Shown here one piece after another: positions 17,820 through 28,960 of a stretch of 64,000 bases of DNA (positions within the stretch are counted from its first letter, which is position 1; the number at the start of each line of letters is the position of its first letter). Under the pieces are notes generated by a model that saw only the letters and a list, made by a program, of their open reading frames with translations, ran no database searches and was not told the origin of the DNA. Origin of the DNA: Rebecca billardiae RCC1528 (Eukaryota; Protista; Haptophyta); the NCBI GenBank assembly GCA_965240325.2, contig OZ251243.1, positions 1,353,317 through 1,417,316 on the forward strand, in the 5' to 3' direction. Made by a program: the position numbers and the translations under genes.

Positions 17820-20800
17820 ATGGCGGCTCTACCGGCGCCGATCGCGCCCGCCGCTGGCGGCGCGTCCGGCCACGTCTGCGTACTCGAACCGCCGCCGGAT
17901 GGCGAGTCACTGACGCTCTGTGCTCGGCTGGCCCAGGCCGTGCAGCTCGCACGCGCCGACGCTGCCCTCGGCCGCGCCGCCGCCGCTGCCCTCGGCCGCG
18001 CCGCCGCTGACGGCGGTGCCGGCCAGGTCTGGTGCCGCGGAGGGGTCCACGTGCGGCCGCTGGGCGACGACGGCGTCGGCCGCGGCCTATTCGTGGTGTC
18101 CGCGCGCACCGCATCGGTGAGGCGGTGCGCGCAGTCTGATTGGACGGCGGTCGTCACGCCCGTATTGTTTGACGACGGCCGTGCGGACCACCTCTGCTCG
18201 CTCGAGCCGGTGGTGGTGGGCACGGCGGAGGCGCTCGCCGAGCTGGGCCGGGCCGCCGGCACCACGTCGGGCGCGGCCGCCGCGGCAGGCTGCGGCGTCG
18301 CCGCCGCCTTTGCGCCGCGCGCAAGCGGCGACGCAGTGACCGCGCAGACGCTGTTCAGCGCGTTTGAGGGCGGCTCGGTGAGGGCGGGCGCTCTGTGGCT
18401 CGCGGCGGCGAAGCGGCGCGACGCGGCGGCGGACGACTCGCTCGCGTGGCCGCCGCGCGCCGAGCCCGCTCGCACTGCGCCGCCCGACGGGCTCTCCGAT
18501 GCCCCGAGTTCCGCGTGGTGCTTTGGCACAGCCGTGCAGCTGTCGGCGGCGACGGCAGCAGAGTTGTCACGCGCGATGCCGGTGGAAGAGGACGGCCTCG
18601 TGTTTGCGTGCTCCGCTACGCCACTCGCCGTCGTGTGCGACGCGCGTGCCCAGGCGGACGGCGCGGTGCCGCGCGGCTGGTCAGCCGTGTGGCTGCCGAC
18701 AGTGACGCTCAGCGCCGCCGACGAGTCCACTGGGTCGCACCGGGCCATGGTGCTGAACGAGGTGACTGCGGTGAGACTGAGGTGCGCTGAGGGGGAGCAG
18801 GCGCAGCTGCTGCAGCTGGCGCTCGAGGTCGCCGTGCTGGTCCACGCGTGCGAGCTCCACGCCAAGCCGCGGCACGTGCAGTGCCTCCACGCAGGCGCCG
18901 CTCGGCTCGGCGCGCCGCGCTCGGCGACCAACAGGGACATCGGCTGCACGACGCCGACCCCGCTGGAGCGCGCAGACGGCGCCGAGTTGACCGAGAGCAC
19001 GCGCTGGCTCGCCGGTCACTTTGCGCTCTCGGCGCTGGTGCTGCGCACGCCCAGCGCAATGCGGAGCGGGCTCGACGCGCGACTGGGCCGCGTGAGCAGC
19101 AGCCGCGACACAGTCAGCGCCAAGTGGGGCGCGGACTCACGCATGCGCGCAGCGCTGATGGCAGCGGCAGTGCGTGGGCATCTCGACCGGTGGGAGGCGC
19201 CGTCGTTCATCTCGCCGCCTTCCGATGGCGAGCCGACCTTCCTCGCCAGGTACGCCCTCGCCGTGGCGCCGTCGGCCGGAGCCGGCGCGAACGCCCCGCC
19301 CGTGCCGCCGTCGGACGGGCGGCTGCCGCGTGCGGACTCGGGCGGCAGCCATGCATATCGCACGGGGCAGTCGGAGTCCCAAAGTCAGACGGCGGCGCGG
19401 CTGCCCGCGGGCACGCGGCGCGCGCAGTCGGTGGAGGGATCGTCGCCGGCCGAGTCGCTCGCGCCGCCGGTGGTACCACGCGCGGAAGGATCGCTGCCCG
19501 AGCACGAGCCGCTCGTGCAGCCGCCCACTGTGGCCGGGCAGGGCGCTGCACAGCCGGCCGCGCCGCCGAGCCTGCTGCCGGCGCCGCCGGCGGCGGCCGG
19601 GCGGGGCGCGACACAGCCGGCCGCGCCGCCGCTCGTGCTGTCGGCGCCGCCGCCGGCGGCGGCCGGGCGGGGCGCGGAGGAGCAGGCAGCGCAGCCGAGC
19701 CTGTCGCCGCCGCCGCTCGCGGCGGCCGGGCGGGGCGCGGAGGAGCAGGCAGCGCAGCCGAGCCTGCCGCCGCCGCCGCTCGCGGCGGCCGGGCGGGGCG
19801 CGAAGGAGCAGGCAGCGCAGCCGAGCCTGCCGCCGCCGCCGCTCGCGGCGGCCGGGCGGGGCGCGGAGGAGCAGGCAGCGCAGCCGAGCCTGCCGCCGCC
19901 GCCGCTCGCGGCGGCCGGGCGGGGCGCGGAGGAGCAGGCAGCGCAGCCGAGCCTGCCGCCGCCGCCGCTCGCGGCGGCCGGGCGGGGCGCGGAGGAGCAG
20001 GCAGCGCAGCCGAGCCTGCCGCCGCCGCCGCTCGCGGCGGCCGGGCGGGGCGCGAAGGAGCAGGCAGCGCAGCCGAGCCTGCTGCCGGCGCCGCCGGCGG
20101 CGGCCGGGCGGGGCGCGACACAGCCGGCCGCGCCGCCGCTCGTGCTGTCGGCGCCGCCGCCGGCGGCGGCCGGGCGGGGCGCGAAGGAGCAGGCAGCGCA
20201 GCCGAGCCTGCCGCCGCCGCCGCTCGCGGCGGCCGGGCGGGGCGCGAAGGAGCAGGCAGCGCAGCCGAGCCTGCCGCCGCCGCCGCTCGCGGCGGCCGGG
20301 CGGGGCGCGAAGGAGCAGGCAGCGCAGCCGAGCCTGCTGCCGGCGCCGCCGGCGGCGGCCGGGCGGGGCGCGACACAGCCGGCCGCGCCGCCGCTCGTGC
20401 TGTCGGCGCCGCCGCCGGCGGCGGCCGGGCGGGGCGCGAAGGAGCAGGCAGCGCAGCCGAGCCTGCCGCCGCCGCCGCTCGCGGCGGCCGGGCGGGGCGC
20501 GAAGGAGCAGGCAGCGCAGCCGAGCCTGCTGCCGGCGCCGCCGGCGGCGGCCGGGCGGGGCGCGACACAGCCGGCCGCGCCGCCGCTCGTGCTGTCGGCG
20601 CCGCCGCCGCCGGCGGCCGGGCGGGGCGCGAAGGAGCAGGCAGCGCAGCCGAGCCTGCCGCCGCCGCCGCTCGCGGCGGCCGGGCGGGGCGCGGAGGAGC
20701 AGGCAGCGCAGCCGAGCCTGTCGCCGCCGCCGCTCGCGGCGGCCGGGCGGGGCGCGAAGGAGCAGGCAGCGCAGCCGAGCCTGCCGCCGCCGCCGCTCGC

Positions 20801-22739
20801 GGCGGCCGGGCGGGGCGCGAAGGAGCAGGCAGCGCAGCCGAGCCTGCCGCCGCCGCCGCTCGCGGCGGCCGGGCGGGGCGCGGAGGAGCAGGCAGCGCAG
20901 CCGAGCCTGCCGCCGCCGCCGCTCGCGGCGGCCGGGCGGGGCGCGGAGGAGCAGGCAGCGCAGCCGAGCCTGTCGCCGCCGCCGCTCGCGGCGGCCGGGC
21001 GGGGCGCGAAGGAGCAGGCAGCGCAGCCGAGCCTGCCGCCGCCGCCGCTCGCGGCGGCCGGGCGGGGCGCGAAGGAGCAGGCAGCGCAGCCGAGCCTGCC
21101 GCCGCCGCCGCTCGCGGCGGCCGGGCGGGGCGCGGAGGAGCAGGCAGCGCAGCCGAGCCTGCCGCCGCTCGCGGCAGCCGGGCAGGGCGCTGCACAGCCG
21201 GCCGCGCAGCCGAGCCTGCCGCCGCTCGCGGCAGCCGGGCAGGGCGCTGCACAGCCGGCCGCGCAGCCGAGCCTGCCGCCGCTCGCGGCAGCCGGGCAGG
21301 CCGCGCCGCCGCAGCCGACAGCGCCGGGCGCCGCGCCCTCTGCGTCGCAGCGGCTGCCCTTGCCCGCCGGCACGCCGATGGCCTCCTCCGCGGCGTGCGC
21401 GCAGCCAGTGCGTCCGGTGTTGCCGCCCTTGTCCGCTGCGCGTCCGGCGCACGCGCCGCGGCCCCTGCGGCTGCACGAGCAGTCGCACGCGCAGCCACTC
21501 GCGGTCGATGGCGACTGCTTCGACGATGTCGGCGATCTCGATGACACGCAGCGTGGCATTGCGCGTGCGTGGGCACGCGGCGCAGTCGACGTGCTCGACG
21601 CTCGCGAGACCGGGCCCGCCCACTTCCAAGCGCACCGCGGCGCGCGCTACGCGATGTGGGTCTCATCGGCTGGCGGCTGGGAGATCGCGCGCGAGGTGCG
21701 CTTCGAGGCCGTCGAGTTCAAGCCGATCGTGAGCTTCTCGCTCGGCGCGACCGGCGATCTGTCCGTCGCGCGTCTGTCGGCCGGCGCTGCCCTCGGAGCC
21801 GCGCAGCCAGTCGGCAACGTCCTCGCCGTCGACGTCGGCGCGCGCGCCGCGCTCGGTTTGCAGCAGCCCGGCGTGCACACGCGTCGCGCCAGTGCCGCTG
21901 GCGCCTCCGACGCCGTCGGCGCCGCGCCGGCGGCAACGCAGCGCGAGCTAGCCCACCCGGCCGTGTTCGTGCTCCTGTGCGCGGTCGCGCTGGCGGCGCT
22001 TCAGCACGGCCTCCTCTCCAGCGAGTCGACCGAGACGGCCGGCCGCGTCACCGCGGCGCCGTCGACGGGCGAGGGCGGCGGTGCGACGGCCGGCACGCGA
22101 GTCGGCAGCGTGCCACACGGCGAGCTCCTCGCGCTCGTCGCGTTCCGGCTCGCGCTCCGAACCGCGTGCAGCACCGACGACGCCCTACAAGCCGCGGTAG
22201 ACGCCTCGCTGGTGCTGGCGGAGCTCCAGACGTGCGCCAAGCGCGACGCGAAGCAGTCGGCCAAGGCCATTGTCCATCTGCTGCGCCACGCGTACACGGC
22301 GCTGCGCACGGGCATGGCCGTTGAGCAGCGCCCCTTGGCGCTGCACTTCGTGTCCGTCGCCAACGAGTCAGTCCGCTACGCGTTCTTCGTGCGGCTGGGC
22401 GAGCACTTGACGCGCGTGCTGAGCGCGCCGCACACCGAGACGCTGCAGGCGCGCAGGGAGCGCGCGCTCGCCGGCGCGCGCGTGCTCCTCCTCCTCTCGG
22501 AGCTCGTGCAGGACGCGAACCGCGCCAACTCGCCGCGCATGTACCGCCTCGCGCGCATGCTCGTGCTCAAGGTGGGCCAGACGAGCGGGTGGCCCGACCG
22601 CGGCGACGACGCCAATGGGTACTGGAGCAACTACCGCAAGCAGGTGGCCGGCGGCCTCGCCGACCAGGACGTCCGATTCCTGTGCGTGGCGGACACGACC
22701 ATCATCAACGGCGAGTGCGCGGACGTGTGGGACGCTGAG
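17820..22739 (+). CDS. Exon 1 of a ~2300-aa protein (long Pro/Ala-rich repeat; start of a T5orf172/GIY-YIG-like segment)
   Basis: ATG at 17820; globular-looking, GC3-rich frame up to ...VWDAE at 22739, after which this frame becomes Arg-rich junk and coding continues in the 22615-24828 frame. Confidence 0.75.
19530..21310 (+). repeat. Coding minisatellite, ~60-bp unit (AAAGRGA[E/K]EQAAQPSLPPPPL), ~29 units with interspersed variant units
   Basis: Directly visible tandem repeat that preserves frame; variant unit AAAGRGATQPAAPPLVLSAPPP recurs. Confidence 0.95.
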
Positions 22740-22842
22740 GTGCGCGCCGTATCGCCCGGCCCGCGCGCTCCCGCCGCGCCGCGCCGTACGCCCCGCGCGC
22801 TCACGCCGCGCCGCCCGCCCCGCGCGCGCGCGCCGCGCGCAG
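22740..22842 (+). other. Predicted spliceosomal intron (103 bp, phase 0)
   Basis: GAG|GTGCGC...GCTCAC (branch-like, ~22799)...GCGCAG|CGG. Removing it joins the two long frames exactly in phase (…WDAE|RSLKD…). Confidence 0.8.
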
Positions 22843-24828
22843 CGGAGCCTCAAGGACGGGGTGCTCGCGGCGGCCGTGCGCGGCGGCGCGCTGCACACGA
22901 GCCAGTGGGGGCTCCCCGGCGGCGGCTCGGGGCTGAGAGGCGCCGAGTGCTACTACGTGCTGCGCCCGTCCGCGCTGCACGTCGCCGCGCACGTGTTCGG
23001 CTGGGATCCGAGCCGCGTGCCCCACGACTCGCCGTCCGGCTCGTTTGCGATGGCGCCGCGCACGCTGCTGCAGACGATGTGCGACGAGGCCGGGTGGCAC
23101 CGCCCGGCAGGGGCCGTGGCGCCGCTGCACCCGCTGTACCTGCGCCACCTGTCGCCCGAGCCGAGGCGCGTTGCCCAGTTCGTGAGCGAGGACGGCATCG
23201 GGCGGCACGGCCAGGCCGATCTCGCGCTCAACTGCCAGCTCGTGCGCTACTACACGGGCGAGTGGCCGCTCGACGACGCCTACCGACAGCGTTGCGTCGA
23301 GCCCGCGATGTCCGAGCTCGGCCTCAGCGCCGCGCCCGCGGGCACAGCGCGCGCGTGGCTGCGTGGCGGCGGGCTGCCGGGCGACGGCGCTGGCGCGGAC
23401 GGCGCCGAGAACCCGGCGGTGCGGATGGACGGCGCCGTCGTGTGCGGCGTGGACGCGCGCTCGCGCGCGCCGCCGCGACCAGACGACGACCTGCGCTTCT
23501 CCGCCGACGCCGATCCGCCGCACTCGGACGGGCTCTTCGCCGGCACGCAGCAGATGGTGATCGCTGCGGATGCGCTGCTGACGCTCGTCTCGGCCTGCGT
23601 GCGGCTCGAATCGCCCCACGCCGTCGGCAAGCGCAGCCGCTCGTTGGCGGTCGACCGTGGGCGCGTCGGCGACTGGGTGGGCGGGATCGACGGCGCTGCC
23701 GCCAGCGCGCTCGTGGCCGGGCTGGGCACGCACGCCGCCGCGCTGCGCGACGCCACGGGCTCGGACGAGCTGCTCTCGCTCGCGGTCCACGCGGCGCTCG
23801 CGCACCCGGACCGGCCCGGCGACGGCGAGCCGGAGGAGGAGGAGGAGGAGGAGGAGGCGGAGGCGGAGGAGGAGGAGGGGGAAAGCGAGTCGGAGTTGTC
23901 GCGCGGCCTCGCGCAGTGGGGCGTGCCCAGCGCGGACGCCGACGCGCTGTACCAGACGCAGCGCCGCTTGCTGGTGGCTGCAGTGGCGGCGGGCATTAAC
24001 GACGAGGACGAGGACGTCCGGCCTCCGCTGTGCGTGGGCATGCTCGCCACCTACCGATCGCAGGCGTCTACCGAGCTCAGAGCTGCCGTGCTCGTGCACG
24101 TGCCTGCAGACGGTGGGGCGTGCATCTCGGTGACGCGCGAGGGCGGTGTTCTCTTGATCGGCCGGAACGATGTCGTGCCGTGGCAGTCACGGCGAGGCGT
24201 GTTCGCTCTCTCGCCGTGGGCGGTGGCCGCTCTCCGCCGCGGCCTCGCTGGCGTCGCGCCGCCAGCTGGGCGCGTGCCGTCTCTGGCGGAGGGCAGTCGG
24301 GCCGCCTTCGTCGCGTGCCCACCCGTCGATGTGGAGAACGTCTGCGAGCAGGCCACGGGCAAGGCGCACGCCGACGACATGGCCTACGTGCAGCACGGGG
24401 CAGGCGGCGTTGCGCCCGCACTGGAAGCGCGGTGGAGCACACTGCCCCAGGGGCCCGATGACGACGGGTGGGTGTGGCACGGAGCCCTGGCCGTCTTCAC
24501 CGAGTGGTCCGGGCAGCGCGAGCTGCTCGTCGTGTTGGAGAACGCGTGCAAGGAGAACGGCGACCGCCGGGCGAGCCCTTTGGGGGGCACCGGCGGCAGC
24601 GGGCTCTACTCGCTCGAGGACCTCACGGAGGGCGTGCGCCTGCGCGCGCGCCTCAGCGTGCTCACTCACGCCAGCCGGGATGATTGCGAGGCCCTCAGGG
24701 CCACAGCACGAAATGCGGGCCAGCTGCTCTATGACCTGTTTAAGAAAGATGTCGGCATGGGGGAGCCCAACGCGCAGACCGGGCTGGAGCGATTTGCGCC
24801 GGGCCGCAAGCGAGGCCGTGACCAGTAG
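22843..24828 (+). CDS. Exon 2 of the ~2300-aa protein (end of T5orf172-like segment, acidic tract, possible SH3/Tudor-like C-terminal folds)
   Basis: Globular-looking frame ending ...APGRKRGRDQ* (NLS-like basic patch), with a poly-Glu tract at ~23833-23890, followed by (TA)n at ~24850. Confidence 0.75.
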   Translation, partial: RSLKDGVLAAAVRGGALHTSQWGLPGGGSGLRGAECYYVLRPSALHVAAHVFGWDPSRVPHDSPSGSFAMAPRTLLQTMCDEAGWHRPAGAVAPLHPLYLRHLSPEPRRVAQFVSEDGIGRHGQADLALNCQLVRYYTGEWPLDDAYRQRCVEPAMSELGLSAAPAGTARAWLRGGGLPGDGAGADGAENPAVRMDGAVVCGVDARSRAPPRPDDDLRFSADADPPHSDGLFAGTQQMVIAADALLTLVSACVRLESPHAVGKRSRSLAVDRGRVGDWVGGIDGAAASALVAGLGTHAAALRDATGSDELLSLAVHAALAHPDRPGDGEPEEEEEEEEAEAEEEEGESESELSRGLAQWGVPSADADALYQTQRRLLVAAVAAGINDEDEDVRPPLCVGMLATYRSQASTELRAAVLVHVPADGGACISVTREGGVLLIGRNDVVPWQSRRGVFALSPWAVAALRRGLAGVAPPAGRVPSLAEGSRAAFVACPPVDVENVCEQATGKAHADDMAYVQHGAGGVAPALEARWSTLPQGPDDDGWVWHGALAVFTEWSGQRELLVVLENACKENGDRRASPLGGTGGSGLYSLEDLTEGVRLRARLSVLTHASRDDCEALRATARNAGQLLYDLFKKDVGMGEPNAQTGLERFAPGRKRGRDQ

Positions 24829-25853
24829 TCGTCGCTGCTCCTGATGTGTTATATATATATATATATATTATATGTGGTGTTATTGGTACAATAACTGAGT
24901 GTGTACGAGCTGCGTGACGGCGGGGCTCGCCGTGTGGCCTCTCACTCTGTTGCACCCAGCTCGCAGAATTCGTCATGAACCTTCTACGGGTACACGGCTG
25001 GCTGCTGCATCACCTGGAGTGAGAGTGGCTTCTCGGGCGCCCCCGAGCCATTCCACTTCGCTGCAAGGCGAGCTGCTCTGGCTCTTGCCGCCTCGTCGGA
25101 GCCCCACAAAAGGGGGCATTCAGCGGGCATCATCGGCGCGCACCTCGCTCCTCGATCCGCGCGAGGTATAAGGACTCGGCAGCGCACAACAGCCGCGCGC
25201 CCGAGACACCTATCGCCTCGACCTCCAGCAGAGGATGCCCAACTCGTCTCAGCAAGCCGCTCGGCTGCGCGCCTACCGCCGCACGCCCGAGCCGCGCATT
25301 GCCACGACCAGCAGCTGCTTTGTTTTACACGCAGCTCGACGCCAGGGCCCCGCCGATGATGATTGATGAGGCTGTGCCCACGTGGTACCGAGCAGCACCA
25401 CGAGCAGTGTGAGCTGCTGGTCGTGGTCAATGTATGTATCATAATGGGATCGTTGATCAGACGAGTGGCGCGTGTCCGCAGTGGGAGTGGCCGGCTCGGT
25501 GATCCTCGTTGAGGCACTCACTGTGGTCCCGTTTGTTTGCGCAGTGTGTGCATCGACGAGTTGGAAGTCCCATGTGCAGATACAAAGCCCGACGAGTAGA
25601 AGTGCGTCCATGAACTGCGGAGGCGTGGGAGAGCGCAGGGGCTGAGCAAAGGCGCGCAGTAAGGGCGAGGCGTCTGCAGCAGTAGGCCGGGCCGGGTGTG
25701 GTGGGACAGCACCGCGAGCGGTAGATCTGAGAGGCGAGTACCGGCGCGCGCCCAGGACAGGTGAGCGGCGCGGCGCGCGCGGCGTGCACGAGGCGCGCGC
25801 GTGGCGCGGTGGCGCCGCGCGCAGCAAAGGCGGTGATGCGGCACGTATCAGCG

Positions 25854-26074
25854 CCGGGCCGCGAGCGGCCGAGCCGGCTCGAGCGGCGGGTGCGAGCCAT
25901 GGGCGGTGCCGGGCCGAGGCGTGACCGGGCCGCGAGCGGCAGAGCCGGCCCGAGCGGCGGGTGCGAGCCACGGGCGGCGCCGGGCCGAGGCGTGACCGGG
26001 CCGCGAGCGGCAGAGCCGGCTCGAGCGGCGGGTGCGAGCCAAGGGCGGCGGTGCCGGGCCGAGGCGTGACCGGG
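25854..26074. repeat. Minisatellite, ~71-74-bp unit, 3 copies
   Basis: GTGACCGGG recurs at ~25921, ~25992 and ~26066 with conserved intervening sequence. Confidence 0.85.
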
Positions 26075-26144
26075 GGCGGGCATTGGCGCATGCTGACAGC
26101 GGGCGCGCGGCGCGCGCGCGACAGTTGGCGCAGTGACAACAGAC

Positions 26145-26432
26145 GCGCGTCCGCGAGAGGCAGGGCCCGCGAGCGGCGGGGCGTGAGCCGCGCGCCGCGA
26201 GAGGCAGGGCCCGCTCGAGCGGTGGGGCGTGAGCCGCGCGCCGCGAGAGGCAGGGCCCGCTCGAGCGGTGGGGCGTGAGCCGCGCGCCGCGAGAGGCAGG
26301 GCCCGCTCGAGCGGTGGGGCGTGAGCCGCGCGCCGCGAGAGGCAGGGCCCGCTCGAGCGGTGGGGCGTGAGCCGCGCGCCGCGAGAGGCAGTGCCCGCTC
26401 GAGCGGTGGGGCGTCCGCGCGCCGCGAGAGGC
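26145..26432. repeat. Minisatellite, 46-bp unit, ~6 copies
   Basis: GTGAGCCGCGCGCCGCGAGAGGCAGGGCCCGCTCGAGCGGTGGGGC repeated at 26229, 26275, 26321 and 26367. Confidence 0.9.
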
Positions 26433-26599
26433 GGCGCGTGCGCGGAGCGTGCCGCCAGCACGGCCACTCCGAGGGCGAGCGGCACCACCGCCGTGCAGAG
26501 GAGCGGCAGCGACGGGCTGAATCGTCGAGGCAGGAGCGCGCCGCGGCGGAACGTCAGCCAGTGCACCGGCGGCAGGCTGTCAGGCCGTTGTTAAGCCGC

Positions 26600-28960
26600 G
26601 CGAGCGCGCGCGCGCCCCTGCGCGAGCGAGCGGCAGCAAGCGGCAGCGAGTGGCGGCGGCGTACAGGCAGCGGGCGGCGAACACAGACAGGCCGAGTGTG
26701 AGCGGCACCGCCACCGCACGCCGTGGCGGCAGCAGCGGGCGGCGAGCCGTCGAGGCAGGAGCGCGGCAGCAGCGAGCGCGCCGGCCGGCCGCGCGACCGC
26801 AGGCGGCTGAGTGGGGCTGCGCGAGCGCGCGCTCGCCCTGCTGCGGGCGAGCGGCAGCGGGCGGCGGCGCGAGTAGAGCGGGCGGCGAGCACGGCCACGC
26901 CGAGTGCGAGCGGCACCGCCACCGCGCGCCGCAGCGGTAGCAGCGGGCGGCGAGCCGCCGAAACAAGAGCGCAGCGGCAGCGAGCGCGCCGGCCGCAGGC
27001 TGCTGAGCTGCGCGAGCGCGCCCGGCTGCGGGCGAGCGGCAGCGGGCGCCGACTGCGAGCGGCACCGCCACCGCACGCCGCGGCGGTAGCAGCGGGCGGC
27101 GAGCTGTCGAGGCAGGAGCGCTGCGGCAGCGAGCGCGCCGGCCGCAGGCTGCTGAGCTGCGCGAGCGCGCGCGCGCCCTGCTGCGGGCGAGCGGCAGCGG
27201 GCGGCGGCGCGAGCAGAGCGGGCGGCGAGCACGGCCATGCCGAGTGCGAGCGGCACCGCCACCGCGCGCCGTGGCGACAACAGCGGGCGGCGAGCCGTCG
27301 AGGCAGGAGCGCTGCGGCAGCGAGCGCGCCGGCCGCAGGCTGCTGAGCTGCGCAAGCGCGCGCGCCCTGCTGCGGGCGAGCGGCAGCGGGCGGCGGCGCG
27401 AGCAGAGCGGGCGGCGAGCACGGCCACGCCGAGTGCGAGCGGCACCGCCACCGCGCGCCGCAGCGGTAGCAGCGGGCGGCGAGCCGTCGAGGCAAGAGCG
27501 CTGCGGCAGCGAGCGCGCCGGCCGCAGGCTGCTGAGCTGCGCGAGCGCGCGCGCGCCCGGCTGCGGGCGAGCGGCAGCGGGCGCCGACTGCGAGCGGCAC
27601 CGCCACCGCGCGCCGCAGCGGTAGCAGCGGGCGGCGAGCCGTCGAGGCAAGAGCGCTGCGGCAGCGAGCGCGCCGGCCGCAGGCTGCTGAGCTGCGCGAG
27701 CGCGCGCGCGCCCGGCTGCGGGCGAGCGGCAGCGGGCGCCGACTGCGAGCGGCACCGCCACCGCACGCCGCAGCGGTAGCAGCGGGCGGCGAGCCGTCGA
27801 GGCAGGAGCGCTGCGGCAGCGAGCGCGCCGGCCGAAGGCTGCTGAGCTGCGCGAGCGCGCGCGCGCTCTGCTGCGGGCGAGCGGCAGCGGGCCGCGGCGC
27901 GAGTAGAGCGGGCGGCGAGCACGGCCACGCCGAGCGCGAGCGGCACCGCCACCGCACGCCGCAGCGGTAGCAGCGGGCGGCGAGCCGTCGAGGCAGGAGC
28001 GCTGCGGCAGCGAGCGCGCCGGCCGCAGGCTGCTGAGCTGCGCGAGCGCGCGCGCGCTCTGCTGCGGGCGAGCGGCAGCGGGCCGCGGCGCGAGTAGAGC
28101 GGGCGGCGAGCACGGCCACGCCGAGCGCGAGCGGCACCGCCACCGCGCGCCGCGGCGGTAGCAGCGGGCGGCGAGCCGTCGAGGCAGGAGCGCTGCGGCA
28201 GCGAGCGCGCAGCTGCAGGCTGCTGAGCTGCGCGAGCGAGCGCGCGCCCTGCTGCGGGCGAGCGGCAGCGGGCGGCGGCGCGAGCAGAGCGGGCGGCGAG
28301 CACGGCCATGCCGAGTGCGAGCGGCACCGCCACCGCACGCCGCGGCGGAAGCAGCGGGCGGCGAGCCGTCGAGGCAGGAGCGCTGCGGCAGCGAGCGCGC
28401 CGGCCGCAGGCCGCTGAGCTGCGCGAGCGCGCGCGCGCCCTGCTGCGGGCGAGCGGCAGCGGGCGGCGGCGCGAGCAGAGCGGGCGGCGAGCACGGCCAT
28501 GCCGAGTGCGAGCGGCACCGCCACCGCGCGCCGTGGCGACAACAGCGGGCGGCGAGCCGTCGAGGCAGGAGCGCAGCAGCAGCGAGCGCGCCGGCCGGCC
28601 GCGCCCGCTGAGCGGAGCGCGGCAGCGACTGCAGGCTGCTGAGCTGCGCGAGCGAGCGCGCGCCCTGCTGCGGGCGAGCGGCAGCGGGCGGCGGCGCGAG
28701 CAGAGCGGGCGGCGAGCACGGCCATGCCGAGTGCGAGCGGCACCGCCACCGCACGCCGTGGCGGCAGCAGCGGGCGGCGAGCCGTCGAAGCAGGAGCGCG
28801 GCAACAGCGAGCGCGCCGGCCGGCGCCGCGCGGCCGCAAGCTGTTGAGCGGAGCTGCGCGAGCGGGCGCGCGCCCGCTGCGGCGAGCGGCAGCGGGCGGC
28901 GGCGCGAATGGACCGAGCGGCAAGCACGGCCACGCCGAGTGCAAGCGGCACCGCCGGTCC
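26600..28960. repeat. Subtelomeric tandem repeat, ~191-bp and ~155-bp unit variants, ~13 copies
   Basis: GAGCGGCACCGCCACCGC...GCAGCGGGCGGCGAGCCGTCGAGGCAGGAGCG...GCTGCTGAGCTGCGCGAG repeated (e.g. 27901 vs 28092 = 191 bp); copies degenerate at both edges. Confidence 0.9.

Noticed and set aside
18040-18100. SET-domain-like start (VHVRPLGDDGVGRGLFV) in the large protein
   Set aside because: No NHSC or ELxxxY motifs were seen downstream; a single short motif is insufficient.
18848-21732. Five additional long ORFs overlapping the coding minisatellite
   Set aside because: They are stop-free shadows of a GC-rich 60-bp repeat, Arg/Ala/Gly-rich and without globular character.
22740-23999. C-terminal ~420 aa of the 2062-aa ORF
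   Set aside because: This is read-through of the predicted intron into an Arg-rich wrong frame; the spliced frame is far more protein-like.
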